Source of the DNA: Thermodesulfobacteriota bacterium
GTDB lineage: Bacteria > Desulfobacterota_D > UBA1144 > Nemesobacterales > UBA2774
Direction of reading: 5' to 3'
DNA: 64,000 bases
Assembly (NCBI GenBank): GCA_965216785.1
Contig: OZ244197.1
Location: 2,048,001-2,112,000 of the forward strand
Shown here in pieces: positions 37,453 through 47,258 of the stretch. The position numbers and the translations under genes were made by a program. The notes under the pieces are model-generated. The model had not been told where the DNA came from and did no database searches. It saw only the letters and a program-made list of their open reading frames with translations. Positions within the stretch are counted from its first letter, which is position 1; each line of letters starts with the position of its first letter.

Positions 37453-38023
37453 TGTAAGCCACCTCCGTTTTTGGATTTGTGTTTAATTTTGCTCTTAAGC
37501 TGCCTTTAGCCCTCATAAGTAGTGATTCTAGTGCTTTTACGCTAATGTCCATTACTGACGCTGCCTCTTTTTGGCTCACTCCCTCGTAAAAACATAGCGC
37601 GAGCGCCGTCTGCTGGTTCTCGGGAAGCTCCCGTATTAGCGCTTCCACCTTGTCCTTAGCGCTCTTTAGCTCAGAAGCTTCTTCCTGCGAGCGCGCCTCG
37701 GATGTCAGCTCGTTAATATCGTTTGCTACAGTGTATTTTACTCTTTTTTTTACATCGAGACAGGCGTTTACTACCACCCTGTAGAACCACGTGGTGAACT
37801 TAACGTTCTTTGACGGGTCCCATTTCTCGGGCGAGTTCCACAACATAAGGAAAGAATCCTGCACTACGTCCTCGGCTCCTTCACGCTCTGAGAGCATGCG
37901 GTAAGAAAGAGCGTAGTACCTTTCTGTGTGGCGCCTTACTATTTCTGAGTACGCATCGCCGTTCTTTTCCATCACAAGCTTCATTAGTTCCTCGTCCGTA
38001 AGGTCTTTTGTGTCTTTTGCCAT
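37445..38023 (-). CDS. ECF sigma-70 family RNA polymerase sigma factor
   Basis: Region 2 AEDVVQDSF...KFTTWFYRVVVNACLD; region 4 LPENQQTALAL...SQKEAA...KALESLLMRAK. Confidence 0.93.
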   Translation of the reverse strand: MAKDTKDLTDEELMKLVMEKNGDAYSEIVRRHTERYYALSYRMLSEREGAEDVVQDSFLMLWNSPEKWDPSKNVKFTTWFYRVVVNACLDVKKRVKYTVANDINELTSEARSQEEASELKSAKDKVEALIRELPENQQTALALCFYEGVSQKEAASVMDISVKALESLLMRAKGSLRAKLNTNPKTEVAYNR

Positions 38024-38029
38024 GTTTCC

Positions 38030-38171
38030 ATTTTATCCTGCCCCGGCATCGCACTAAAACGCTCGCCTCCGTCCCCATATTTTATTCTGCCCCGGTATTG
38101 CCCGCTTATTTTTTATGCCTGCTCTCACTTACACACTATGTTCGCTCGCGGCCCCCAGCCTCCGTCCCCAA
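38030..38171. repeat. Modular REP-like repeat, copy 3
   Basis: CCTGCCCCGGCATCGC...GCTCGCCTCCGTCCCC and CTGCTCTCACT.ACACACTATGTTCGCTCGCGGCCCCCAGCC modules. Confidence 0.85.
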
Positions 38172-38254
38172 AATAATAACATGTTAAGCATAATAAATAC
38201 GGAAGGGAGAGAGTTTAATCCCTCCCTCCCGCGAGAATGGAGGAGTGTAGGACG

Positions 38255-38716
38255 TTATTCGCTATCCGTGTTTCTGTCTTTCCCGAACCTTCCGTGCGGT
38301 CCGCCGGGTCCCTTGGGGCCCATCTGCGCGAGCACTTCCCTTTCTTCCTGTGTCAGCTCGGGCGCGAGCTTAGCCACGGCGTCCGTGAACGTGCTGAAAC
38401 GCTGGGCCATGAGAGTCTCTAGCTTCTCGGCATTGGCATTGAAAGCCTCGGCATCAAAAGTATCTGCCGTGAGGGCCTGCCTCATCGCTTCTCTAGTTTC
38501 CTTAACCTCTTCCCTGAGCCCTTCGTTCTGCTCTCTTACTTCCTTCATGGTCGAGAGTATCAGAGTCTGCGTATCGGGCGAGAGCTCCATAAGCGCTTCC
38601 ATGTTGGCCCTGCCGTGCCTTCCGTGTCCGCCGTGTCCCCAGTCGCCCGCGTAGGCTGCTATGGATGTGGTAAGTCCGATTCCGAGAATCGCCGCTGTCT
38701 TAATGTATTTGTTCAT
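38255..38716 (-). CDS. Periplasmic heavy-metal sensor (Spy/CpxP/ZraP-like), secreted
   Basis: Signal peptide, His-rich N-terminus, ALTADTFD, LTQEER. GGAGG SD. Confidence 0.82.
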   Translation of the reverse strand: MNKYIKTAAILGIGLTTSIAAYAGDWGHGGHGRHGRANMEALMELSPDTQTLILSTMKEVREQNEGLREEVKETREAMRQALTADTFDAEAFNANAEKLETLMAQRFSTFTDAVAKLAPELTQEEREVLAQMGPKGPGGPHGRFGKDRNTDSE

Positions 38717-38906
38717 TTCTGACCTCCTGGGTCGTGAATTTTTTTAGCCTTTTCGGCCTCTTTACTAATTGATACGAGCCGGCGAGGAAAACCCTTCGGT
38801 GTTTTTTTTATGTTGTGAAAAAATATTCCGGTATTACGTCCGCATGGCTTGGCTGAGCTGTTTTCATGTTCTGTTTTTTCAGGATGTATGTGTTAATATT
38901 CGATAG

Positions 38907-39404
38907 ATGAGGTTATTACTTTTCACATTTCTGACACTGACAGTATTTATTGCGGCAAATACTCTTTATGCCCAGGAAACCCCGGAGCAGATAAGAGCCC
39001 AGGTGCAAGCGCTAATTGAAGAGACGCGTGAGTCTTCTGACTGGTTGTATATCGGCCAAACGGATCACGGCTATGTTGGCTTTATGGGTAAAGACCGTTT
39101 TCAGGTGAACGGACCCGAAAGGCGGGCGTGGACAAAAGTGTTCGTCCGCGGCGGAGAGACGGTAAAGACGAAAAACGGCAAAGAAAAAACTATGATATAC
39201 AGACTGACGCACAGAGTCTACGACTGCTCTCTCAACAGACTCTCGGACATCAAGTCCGTCGATTATTTCTCTGACGGTACGAACGAGAGTCTTGATTACG
39301 TGAGATTTTATCAGACTTATCCGGAGAAGAGGTGGACGGAGATCGTGCCGGGGAGCATCGGGGACGTGCTGCTTAAATTCGTATGCGAGTACGACCCTAA
39401 ATAA
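38907..39404 (+). CDS. Exported protein, surface-adhesin E-like
   Basis: Signal peptide, W.YIG, AW.K, YDC...R, W.EIVPGS.GD.L..FVC. Confidence 0.6.
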   Translation: MRLLLFTFLTLTVFIAANTLYAQETPEQIRAQVQALIEETRESSDWLYIGQTDHGYVGFMGKDRFQVNGPERRAWTKVFVRGGETVKTKNGKEKTMIYRLTHRVYDCSLNRLSDIKSVDYFSDGTNESLDYVRFYQTYPEKRWTEIVPGSIGDVLLKFVCEYDPK

Positions 39405-39450
39405 GCTTTCCCGGTCTGGAAATTCAAATCTTTTATATAGGAGCGCAACC

Positions 39451-40053
39451 ATGGCGGAGAGGAATATCAGCATTGTAGCTATAAAGGGGAGTGTGAGGCC
39501 CAATAACTACACGGAGATGGCGCTCGCGCTCGTGCTGGACGAATTTAAAAACCACAGCGGGGTAAATGTCCATCTTTTCGACCCGGCGGTGATGCACCTT
39601 TATCCCCCCGGACTTGGGGGCGACAACCCCGACCCAGGGAGGATGAGGGAGGCCGTTATAGAGTCAACGGGGATGGTGCTCGCTACACCGGAGTACCACG
39701 GCTCTTTCTCTAGCATCATGAAGCTCGCGATAGAAAACCTGGGGTTTCCCTCCGTAATGTCGGGTAAGCCGGTCGCGCTGCTGGGCGTAGCGGCGGGAGC
39801 CATAGGCGCTATCAAATCTCTTGAATCGCTAAGGGGCGTGTGCTCGCACGTAGGCGCTATAGTGCTGCCGGGACCTGTTTCCGTGGCCAACTGCACAGAG
39901 GTATTTAACGAGGACGGCACCTGTAACGACGAGAGGACGGAGAAGCGGATCCGGGGTGTTGCTACAAACATGATGCACTATATTGAAGACAACATCTGCC
40001 CTCGCGTATCGCTCGAAGCTATGGTTAGGGGAGAGGATCTGCCCGAGCGCTAA
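39451..40053 (+). CDS. NADPH-dependent FMN reductase
   Basis: GSVRP, ATPEYHGSFSS.MK, GKPVAL. Confidence 0.9.
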   Translation: MAERNISIVAIKGSVRPNNYTEMALALVLDEFKNHSGVNVHLFDPAVMHLYPPGLGGDNPDPGRMREAVIESTGMVLATPEYHGSFSSIMKLAIENLGFPSVMSGKPVALLGVAAGAIGAIKSLESLRGVCSHVGAIVLPGPVSVANCTEVFNEDGTCNDERTEKRIRGVATNMMHYIEDNICPRVSLEAMVRGEDLPER

Positions 40054-40092
40054 CTTCTTCGTAATCTGATTTTTAATCTGATTGAACAGGGG

Positions 40093-40824
40093 TTAGGGTC
40101 TCTGTCCGCCAAAAAGCGCGAGCTCGAAGATCTTAAAGAAGCAGTCTACTTCGTTAAAACCGATTTCCCGAAGCCATTCGCACTGATCTTCCACACCGGC
40201 GAGTATATTTTCATCTTTATCGGGACGGGTCTTGAAATTATGCGCAATCACAGCCCTTTCTTTTTCTCCGTCATTTTTGACGTTGTATTTGTACAGGCTG
40301 TCAATGATGAGCTCATCGCTAAGGGATTCTATCCACTCGGACCTAGATGCCACATGCTCTAGGTTCAGAAAAAAGCCGCCGGGTTTAAGCAGGTTAAAAA
40401 TGTCGGTGTAAATTCTTTTCTTGTTCTCATCAGTCTGGTGGTGGATGGAATAGCCCGATACGACAAGATCGAAGGGGCCGTGCTCCGACGCGTCTTTCCA
40501 CCAGTTTACGTCTTCATAATCCGACTTTATAAAAGAAGCCCTATCACCTTGCACGCTTAACGATTTACGGGCCTCTTCCAACATGGGTCCCGAGTAATCT
40601 AAAAGCACTCCCTTGCTCTCAGGGAAGTTTGAGAGTATGACCGCGCCCAGGATCCCGTTTCCGCAGCCGACGTCAAGGAAACTGCGGACCGGGCGGTCGA
40701 GGGATTTTACTATGTGGACAATAACGTCGAGCTGCTCTTCGGCAAACGGAATAGCGCCCCTGATGTCCTTTAGAAATGTGCCTATAAATTCTTTATCTTT
40801 CCAGACTACGTCCTTAGCGTTCAT
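40093..40824 (-). CDS. Class I SAM-dependent methyltransferase (CmoA-like)
   Basis: LDVGCGNG, SIHH, LKPGG, WLREIGF.EVDC. Confidence 0.88.
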   Translation of the reverse strand: MNAKDVVWKDKEFIGTFLKDIRGAIPFAEEQLDVIVHIVKSLDRPVRSFLDVGCGNGILGAVILSNFPESKGVLLDYSGPMLEEARKSLSVQGDRASFIKSDYEDVNWWKDASEHGPFDLVVSGYSIHHQTDENKKRIYTDIFNLLKPGGFFLNLEHVASRSEWIESLSDELIIDSLYKYNVKNDGEKERAVIAHNFKTRPDKDENILAGVEDQCEWLREIGFNEVDCFFKIFELALFGGQRP

Positions 40825-41062
40825 CTGATCTCACCTGTGTAGATAGATCGATATTTAATATCCGTGTAGTGCCTATCTATGCTATCATCAATTTATATTA
40901 TTGCTAATTAAACAGTGAGGGTGAGTTAATATCTTTGATAAATCCAGCGCAAAGGATTTTCGGAGCTTTGTTACAGGTGGGACAGCGTATCTAATCCGGC
41001 TTATATGTATAGCCCCTGGAGTTGTCGAGGACCTGGATTTTGAACTCTGAATTTCCTATATC

Positions 41063-41111
41063 TTGACACTAATGGGAAGCACGGTATATTGATATTGATA
41101 TTGATTTTCAG
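41063..41111 (+). promoter_or_regulatory. feoAB promoter with an overlapping Fur-box-like site
   Basis: TTGACA (41063)-16-TATATT (41085). ATTGATATTGATATTGATTTTCA hexamer array resembles GATAATGATAATCATTATC. Confidence 0.7.
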
Positions 41112-41159
41112 GAAGCGGTAGAAATCACTTCCAAATTCACTTAGGACCGGGACGAAAAA

Positions 41160-41381
41160 ATGACATTATCAGAGTTAAAACAGGACGCGGAAGCAGAGCT
41201 TTTAGGGCCTTTTTCAAGCAATAACCCTCATCTGAATAAGGTTGAAGCAATGGGTCTTCGCTCCGGCGCTAAGATCGTTATACGTAAGATACACGGTAGA
41301 AACATAGTAGTGCAGGTGAAAGACCTAGGGGTTGACCTCGTAATAGATAAAGAGCTGGCGGGTATGCTGGAGGTAAGTTGA
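41160..41381 (+). CDS. feoA: Ferrous iron transport protein A
   Basis: 73 aa, MTLSEL...AMGLRSG; overlaps the feoB start. Confidence 0.85.
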   Translation: MTLSELKQDAEAELLGPFSSNNPHLNKVEAMGLRSGAKIVIRKIHGRNIVVQVKDLGVDLVIDKELAGMLEVS

Positions 41382-43459
41382 AAAGAATTACCGTCGGGCT
41401 TGCTGGTAACCCGAATGTCGGCAAAACCACAATACTCAACAACATAGCGGGAAAGAACTTAAAGGTCGGCAACTGGGCCGGCGTCACCGTAGAAAAAGCC
41501 GAAGTAGAATTTACCTATAATAACTACACACTCCATATTATAGATATTCCCGGAATTTATAACCTTACCGCGACCTCAGACGCGGAAAAGGCAGCCGTGC
41601 AGTTCCTCGTAGACGGCGAGATCGATGTCGTCGTAAGCGTGCTCGATTCCTCGAACCTTGCCAGAAATCTGCTACTGACGGTAGAGCTGATGGAGCTCGA
41701 AAAACCAACCGTTCTGGCCTTGAATATGGCGGACGAAGCCAGAAGTAAAGGGCTGGAGCTGGATTTGGAGAAATTAAAAACTATTCTCCAGACGGACGCG
41801 TGCTTCACGGTAGCCAATTCAGGGGAAGGGATAAACGATCTTCTGGATAAGATAATTAACTGCTTTGAGGAAGGTCCCGACCCGGCGAAGCTAAAGTATG
41901 GCGAGAGTGTCGAGACGGCGCTCATTACAGCAGCCGAGAAATCGGGTATGTCCGCTCCCAGTAAGTATGAGGCTATAAGGGCGCTTGAAACAGGTGAGCA
42001 GGAAGCGGATGAAGCCGAGCGCTCGCTCGGAGTAAGTGTCACGAAAGCCTTAAACGAAGAGAGGTGGAAACTTGCTTCTTCAGTCGCCGAGAGCGTTAGC
42101 ACGTCATCAAAAGTAAAAGCGGAGAGCGTCTCGACTAAGCTCGACAGGGTACTTCTTCATCCCTTTATGGGTATTGCCATCTATATCGCGCTCTTTTATC
42201 TGATGTTCAAGATCTCCTTTGATTTTTCCGCTCCCTACATGGACTGGATAGACGGGTTTATGAACAATTTCCTGGCCACGGCCTCAAGCAAGCTATTACT
42301 TACGCTTGGGATACCGGATGTGGTTACAAGATTTGTGTCCGAGGCAGTGATAGGCGGCGTGGGATTTGTATTAACGTTTGTTCCCCTTGTGGCGATACTG
42401 TATTTTTTCATCACATTTTTCGAGATGTCGGGTTACCTGCCGAGGATCGTATTTATGATGGATAGGTTCATGCACCGTTTGGGGCTGCACGGGAACATGA
42501 TGACGCCTCTCTTGCTCGGGTTCGGCTGCAACGTTCCGGCCATTATGGCGACAAAGAATATGTCCAGCAAGACAGACAAAATGCTCGTTACCATGATGAT
42601 CCCTTTTATGAGCTGTCCGGCAAGGCTTGTAGTGTTCGCTTTCTTCGCCTTTATATTCTTTGACAATCCCGCTCTCGTAATAGTATCGCTCTATGGAATA
42701 GGCGTTATAGTGGCGCTGATTACGGCTCTTTTACTGAGAAGGTCGTATTTAAAAGGTAAAGCCGCAAATTTCCTTCTGGAGCTTCCGCCCTACAGGCTCC
42801 CTTCGCTAAAGACCGTATCTACGATTGTCTGGGCACACGTTAAGAGGTTTATATATAAGGCCGGGACGTTCATTTTTCTGGTATCGATAGTCGTGTGGGT
42901 GCTTCTGAATCTGCCCCCCAATATTAAAAGCCCCGACGAGAGCATAGCGGCTAGGATAGGTAAGACCATAACCCCCGTGTTCGAGCCGATCGGGCTTAGC
43001 GACTGGAGAGCCACGACTTCGCTGATACCGGGGTTTCTGGCAAGAGAAGTCGTGCTCAGCTCGATGGGGATAATCTATAAAACATCTACTGATGACTCGC
43101 TGGAGGGAAAGGACGAGGAGAGCCTCGCGCTCCTCTTAAAGGAGCAGGCAGTGGAATTCGGCGAAAGTGTAAAATCCTCCTTTCTCTCGATAGTCACGTT
43201 TGGATTTTCCACATTTGAGGTTGAAACGTCGGAAGAAGGTGAGGGGCTCCGCCAAACTATAAAGAAATCATTTACCGCTTCTTCGGCTTACTCGTTCATG
43301 ATACTATTACTCATATATAACTCGTGCGTCGCCACTGTGGCTATCATGATCCGTGAGATTGGGAGAAAGGCTTCTTTTTTATTTCTAGGCTACAGTTTTG
43401 TGGCCGCCTGGGTTCTCGCGTTCGTGTTTTACAACGTATCGAATCTTCTGTGGCCATAG
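41378..43459 (+). CDS. feoB: Ferrous iron transport protein B
   Basis: G1 GNPNVGKT, NWAGVTVEK, DIPG, NMAD, GFGCNVPA, PFMSCPAR, LELPPYR. Confidence 0.96.
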   Translation: MKRITVGLAGNPNVGKTTILNNIAGKNLKVGNWAGVTVEKAEVEFTYNNYTLHIIDIPGIYNLTATSDAEKAAVQFLVDGEIDVVVSVLDSSNLARNLLLTVELMELEKPTVLALNMADEARSKGLELDLEKLKTILQTDACFTVANSGEGINDLLDKIINCFEEGPDPAKLKYGESVETALITAAEKSGMSAPSKYEAIRALETGEQEADEAERSLGVSVTKALNEERWKLASSVAESVSTSSKVKAESVSTKLDRVLLHPFMGIAIYIALFYLMFKISFDFSAPYMDWIDGFMNNFLATASSKLLLTLGIPDVVTRFVSEAVIGGVGFVLTFVPLVAILYFFITFFEMSGYLPRIVFMMDRFMHRLGLHGNMMTPLLLGFGCNVPAIMATKNMSSKTDKMLVTMMIPFMSCPARLVVFAFFAFIFFDNPALVIVSLYGIGVIVALITALLLRRSYLKGKAANFLLELPPYRLPSLKTVSTIVWAHVKRFIYKAGTFIFLVSIVVWVLLNLPPNIKSPDESIAARIGKTITPVFEPIGLSDWRATTSLIPGFLAREVVLSSMGIIYKTSTDDSLEGKDEESLALLLKEQAVEFGESVKSSFLSIVTFGFSTFEVETSEEGEGLRQTIKKSFTASSAYSFMILLLIYNSCVATVAIMIREIGRKASFLFLGYSFVAAWVLAFVFYNVSNLLWP

Positions 43460-43494
43460 CAGCGCCCGTTAACTAAAAAAAGAGGTATCTCTAA

Positions 43495-44685
43495 ATGTTA
43501 AAAAGCTTCATCATATCGGCTGCTTTAATTCTTCTCGTCTCAGGCTGCGCTCAAAAGCAAGTGAATGTTTCAGATACGCCCGAGGCCGTGACTGAAACCG
43601 GGAATCCGAAGTTTGAACAACGCTGGACGTTTAGCCGCCAGTACTCAGAGGATAGCGGCATGAAGCCAAGGGGAGGCACCAGTACGGGAGCGCCCGTAGC
43701 GCTCGACAGTTCTCCTAACGAGGCGTATCTGTCTATAAGCGAGCCCGGTATTTCCAAGTTCGAGCGGGACCGAAGGGCGATACTCGCAATGGCAGGCACT
43801 TACAGAACATCATTCGATTTTGTTGAGACTGTGTCCCTTAAGCAAGGCTATGAGCTTGACCGCCCGTATCAGTCCTGGGCGACGGAGATCGTGGAGGTCA
43901 TAGAGGACAGGGGAGATTTCATAAGCCTCCAGCATATACTCGTGATGTACCTCATTGACGAGGAAGGAAGTAGACAGGGTCCTTTTGTCAGTAAGCACTG
44001 GCGGCAGGACTGGATGTATGAGGACGCGGACGTACTTACCTACAGAGGCAATAGTACATGGGAGAAAGTTGCCGTACCCGAAGATGAGTCCCGGGGCAGG
44101 TGGACACAGGCGGTGTACCAGGTGGACGATTCTCCCCGATACGAGTCGGTCGGCGAGTGGGAGCACGAGGGGAATTACTCGGGATGGACGAGCGCTGAGA
44201 CTTGGAGGCCCCTTCCGCGAAGGGAGTTTAGCGTGAGGGACGATTACGGCGTGCTCGAGGGGGTGAACCGGCATATTGTTATCCCCACAGGCTGGGTGCA
44301 TGAGCAGGATAATATAAAGCTCATAATTGATGAAAAAGGCATGCCTGCTCCTGTGAACCCGTATATCTCAAAAGAGGTCGGGCTGAACCGCTATGAGAGG
44401 ATAAGCGGCGAGGAGTACGCTCCGGGAGAGGAGTACTGGGAGGCGACGGGGGAGTTCTGGGGTGACGTACGGGACGCGTGGTCGGGGTATATAGAGGAAA
44501 ACAATACGATAAAACTAAAGAGTAATGTAGAGGGGAAAAAGCTGTATCAGTATCTTTTCGAATACGCCGCTCAGGTACAGGAAAGCGGAGCTTATGATAG
44601 CGAGGCCGGCTCAAAATTCGCCTCCAAAACCATAGGGAGCTTTATAGTCTCAGATGACGCAGAGCCCGTTAGCGGCGTCTATTAA
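43495..44685 (+). CDS. DUF6607-like lipoprotein
   Basis: Lipobox VSGC, DRRAILAMAG.Y..SFDFVET, LQHILV, KHWRQDW, VYQVDDSPRY, WRPLPRRE, GWVHEQDN.K. Confidence 0.75.
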   Translation: MLKSFIISAALILLVSGCAQKQVNVSDTPEAVTETGNPKFEQRWTFSRQYSEDSGMKPRGGTSTGAPVALDSSPNEAYLSISEPGISKFERDRRAILAMAGTYRTSFDFVETVSLKQGYELDRPYQSWATEIVEVIEDRGDFISLQHILVMYLIDEEGSRQGPFVSKHWRQDWMYEDADVLTYRGNSTWEKVAVPEDESRGRWTQAVYQVDDSPRYESVGEWEHEGNYSGWTSAETWRPLPRREFSVRDDYGVLEGVNRHIVIPTGWVHEQDNIKLIIDEKGMPAPVNPYISKEVGLNRYERISGEEYAPGEEYWEATGEFWGDVRDAWSGYIEENNTIKLKSNVEGKKLYQYLFEYAAQVQESGAYDSEAGSKFASKTIGSFIVSDDAEPVSGVY

Positions 44686-44711
44686 TCATTGCTTAGTTAT
44701 AATTTACTTAC

Positions 44712-45539
44712 ATGCCCGAAGCCATTAATAAACATTCTAAAACGCCCCGGTTTATTAAAGCGCTATATATAATCATCATCTTGGCCGCGCTTAATATACT
44801 GCTCCATCTGGTATTTTCGATATTTACTCAAAACGCGGACGTATCGGCCCTCTCTCACAGGGGCGCCGCGGCGATCGCGCCCGAGAACACTCTTACCGGA
44901 GTAATGGCGGGCGTCGCAACAGGCGCGCCGTTCATAGAAGTGGATATCCGCATGACAAAGGACGGGGTGCTGGTGCTCATGCACGACAGCACTGTAGACA
45001 GGACCACGGATGGGAGCGGCAAAGTAGGTGATCTTTCATGGGGTTACTTAAACACTTTGGATGCCGGCGCCTGGTTCGGTGATGATTTCAAGGGAGAGCC
45101 CGTGCCCCGATTGGACAGCGTTCTTGAGTATATGAAGGGAAAACCGTCTACACTGGTAATTGAAGTTAAGTCGCCGGACAGCTATCCGGGTATAGAGACA
45201 AATCTGACAGGCGCTCTATTGCATTACGGCATGGAAGGGGAGGTCGTTTTAATCTCCTTTGACGGCGGTTGGGTCGAGCGGGCCGGGCGTCTGATGCCTG
45301 GTGCGACGCTCGGAGTGCTGTACGTCTATCCAATTACCTTTCCCCGTGCAGGTGAGGTTGAATATATAAACGTATTCTGGCCGAGCCTGGTCCTTGACCC
45401 TACGCTCGTATGGCGTTTAAAGAAAAAGGGATTTAAAGTTTGGGCGTGGAATATTGATAGCTCCCTCATCGCAAGGTTCCTCATATGGAAGGGTGTTGAC
45501 GGCCTTACGCTGGACAGAGCGGGGCTGATAGGCAATTAA
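44712..45539 (+). CDS. Glycerophosphodiester phosphodiesterase
   Basis: SHRGA...PENT, EVDI..TKDG.LVLMHD..VDRTTDG, IEVK, SFD. Confidence 0.92.
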   Translation: MPEAINKHSKTPRFIKALYIIIILAALNILLHLVFSIFTQNADVSALSHRGAAAIAPENTLTGVMAGVATGAPFIEVDIRMTKDGVLVLMHDSTVDRTTDGSGKVGDLSWGYLNTLDAGAWFGDDFKGEPVPRLDSVLEYMKGKPSTLVIEVKSPDSYPGIETNLTGALLHYGMEGEVVLISFDGGWVERAGRLMPGATLGVLYVYPITFPRAGEVEYINVFWPSLVLDPTLVWRLKKKGFKVWAWNIDSSLIARFLIWKGVDGLTLDRAGLIGN

Positions 45540-45568
45540 AATCTCAAAGTTTCATTCAAATTATAAGT

Positions 45569-47152
45569 CTACTTACTCTCTGAGAGTTCTTCTCTGCGCA
45601 GAAGCTTGCGTATATACAGTCCCCCTAGTAAGAGAACCAAAAACAGGGGTACTAGAGTCAGGAGGATTTTAGGACCGCTCATTTTCATAAATACTATAAA
45701 AGGTATAGACAGTAGTACTTGATTGATTTCTCCTTCGAAAAACCTGGGGATAAGTACGCTAGTAAGCATGTTGGAACCCTCTGTCAGGGTTATTATCTGA
45801 ACGCTTGCTGATACGAGAGAAGTAAAAAAACTGACTACAAAGAGTGCGGCCAGTCCCCGTTTCAGCCAGGGGCCGGCTTTTGTCCATAGCAGCGCGAAAG
45901 GCAAGCATATAAAAGGGAGTATCGGTACAAGGTGTCGAGGACCCGTTGCTAAACCGCCGTGCCAATAGAAGTAAGAGGCGTTCCATATGAGGTAGTAGGC
46001 CAAAATGGCGCATATGGTTATTACTTCTCCTTTTGATTCCGGAGCGCGCCAGTACACGTAAATGGCAAACGGCGTCAGGAGCAGTATCGGTGAGAACCAG
46101 AAAAGGCCCCTCTCTCCCCCGAATAAAATGCCGTAGAGTCTTTCTATACGAGGGTATGTGAGGCCGTGAAAACCCTCGTCCATTCCGGTAAATATGCCGA
46201 GATTGGTTACGTACTGATATCCGGTACTGAATGGTGAGTCAAAAGCGACATAGTTGTAAATAAGAAGCGGGAGAATGAACAGGACAGCGGCTGCTGCTGC
46301 TGTTAAAAGTGTGCGGGCCGTCTTGCCCCTTTCCCACCTGGCTACCTTCGACAGACCGTAAAGCGCGATAATTACTGAGGCTAATGCGGCGGGGTATTCG
46401 ACAACTACAGCCCAGGATAAAAGCGCCCCCGCCGTGAAAGCAAGAGTAATTTCTTTATATCGTGAAGGTTTAGAGAGATTATTCAGATAATAAAGGCTTG
46501 TAAATGCTATAAAAAGGCATGCTCCTGTAAGCACATGAGCGTGGAATGATGAGGACCATATAAACGCGGGTGTAGCAAGCCCATAGGTTAGAGTGGCAAA
46601 CACCGCTCCAGCGGTGCTCGCGCCGATTTTCAGGGCAAAGAAATAGATAATAAGCGCCGTAAGCGCAGAGATAAGCCCTGAAGCGAAATATGTGCCCAAT
46701 AGCTGGATGAAATCAAGCCCTCTACTCCCCGCTACTTCCCCCGGTACTCTTTTTTGGTAAGAGCTTAATTCCGAAGGCTCATCGGGCGTTATTACATAGG
46801 TGAGATTATTATTGTTGCAGGCTCTACTGATAAGCCTGTTTTTCGAATCTGAAAACCCCATGTCTTTACACAAAGAGGTGAAAATTTTATAACCTGTCCA
46901 GATTGCTGGCAGCGCGGTGAAACTATAGCCCGGGGCTTTATCAGCATAGTAATTATCCTTATATAATGCCTTGTCTACTGTGATTCGATGGTACTTGTTA
47001 ATATTAACCGTACCGCTCTCGACCATAGACAGCGCGAGTACGGCGCGGGTCCTGGAGTTTGGGCTCCAAGTGTTTCGCATGAAGTAAAAGAATGAGAACA
47101 CGAGTACTAAGAAGAGCGTTATAGCTATTTTGAGCCTTATGTTGTTTTTCAT
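45569..47152 (-). CDS. Polytopic GT-C-type glycosyltransferase-like membrane protein
   Basis: YYADKAPG, ATPAF, YNY..FDSPF, GPRHLVPILPF. Paralog of 21057-22568. Confidence 0.65.
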   Translation of the reverse strand: MKNNIRLKIAITLFLVLVFSFFYFMRNTWSPNSRTRAVLALSMVESGTVNINKYHRITVDKALYKDNYYADKAPGYSFTALPAIWTGYKIFTSLCKDMGFSDSKNRLISRACNNNNLTYVITPDEPSELSSYQKRVPGEVAGSRGLDFIQLLGTYFASGLISALTALIIYFFALKIGASTAGAVFATLTYGLATPAFIWSSSFHAHVLTGACLFIAFTSLYYLNNLSKPSRYKEITLAFTAGALLSWAVVVEYPAALASVIIALYGLSKVARWERGKTARTLLTAAAAAVLFILPLLIYNYVAFDSPFSTGYQYVTNLGIFTGMDEGFHGLTYPRIERLYGILFGGERGLFWFSPILLLTPFAIYVYWRAPESKGEVITICAILAYYLIWNASYFYWHGGLATGPRHLVPILPFICLPFALLWTKAGPWLKRGLAALFVVSFFTSLVSASVQIITLTEGSNMLTSVLIPRFFEGEINQVLLSIPFIVFMKMSGPKILLTLVPLFLVLLLGGLYIRKLLRREELSESK

Positions 47153-47258
47153 TCTGTGTCCAGGATTATGATTTTCGCTGTCTTTTAATTAGGCTTATCG
47201 GGCATGAGCCTAATATAACTCTCTTGGGCAGTGGGGGCAAACACATAGTTTAATAGGC

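Noticed and set aside
40940-41060. c-di-GMP-I riboswitch
   Set aside because: It lacks the GNRA-capped stem and GACGCAAAG junction, and lies upstream of the feo promoter.
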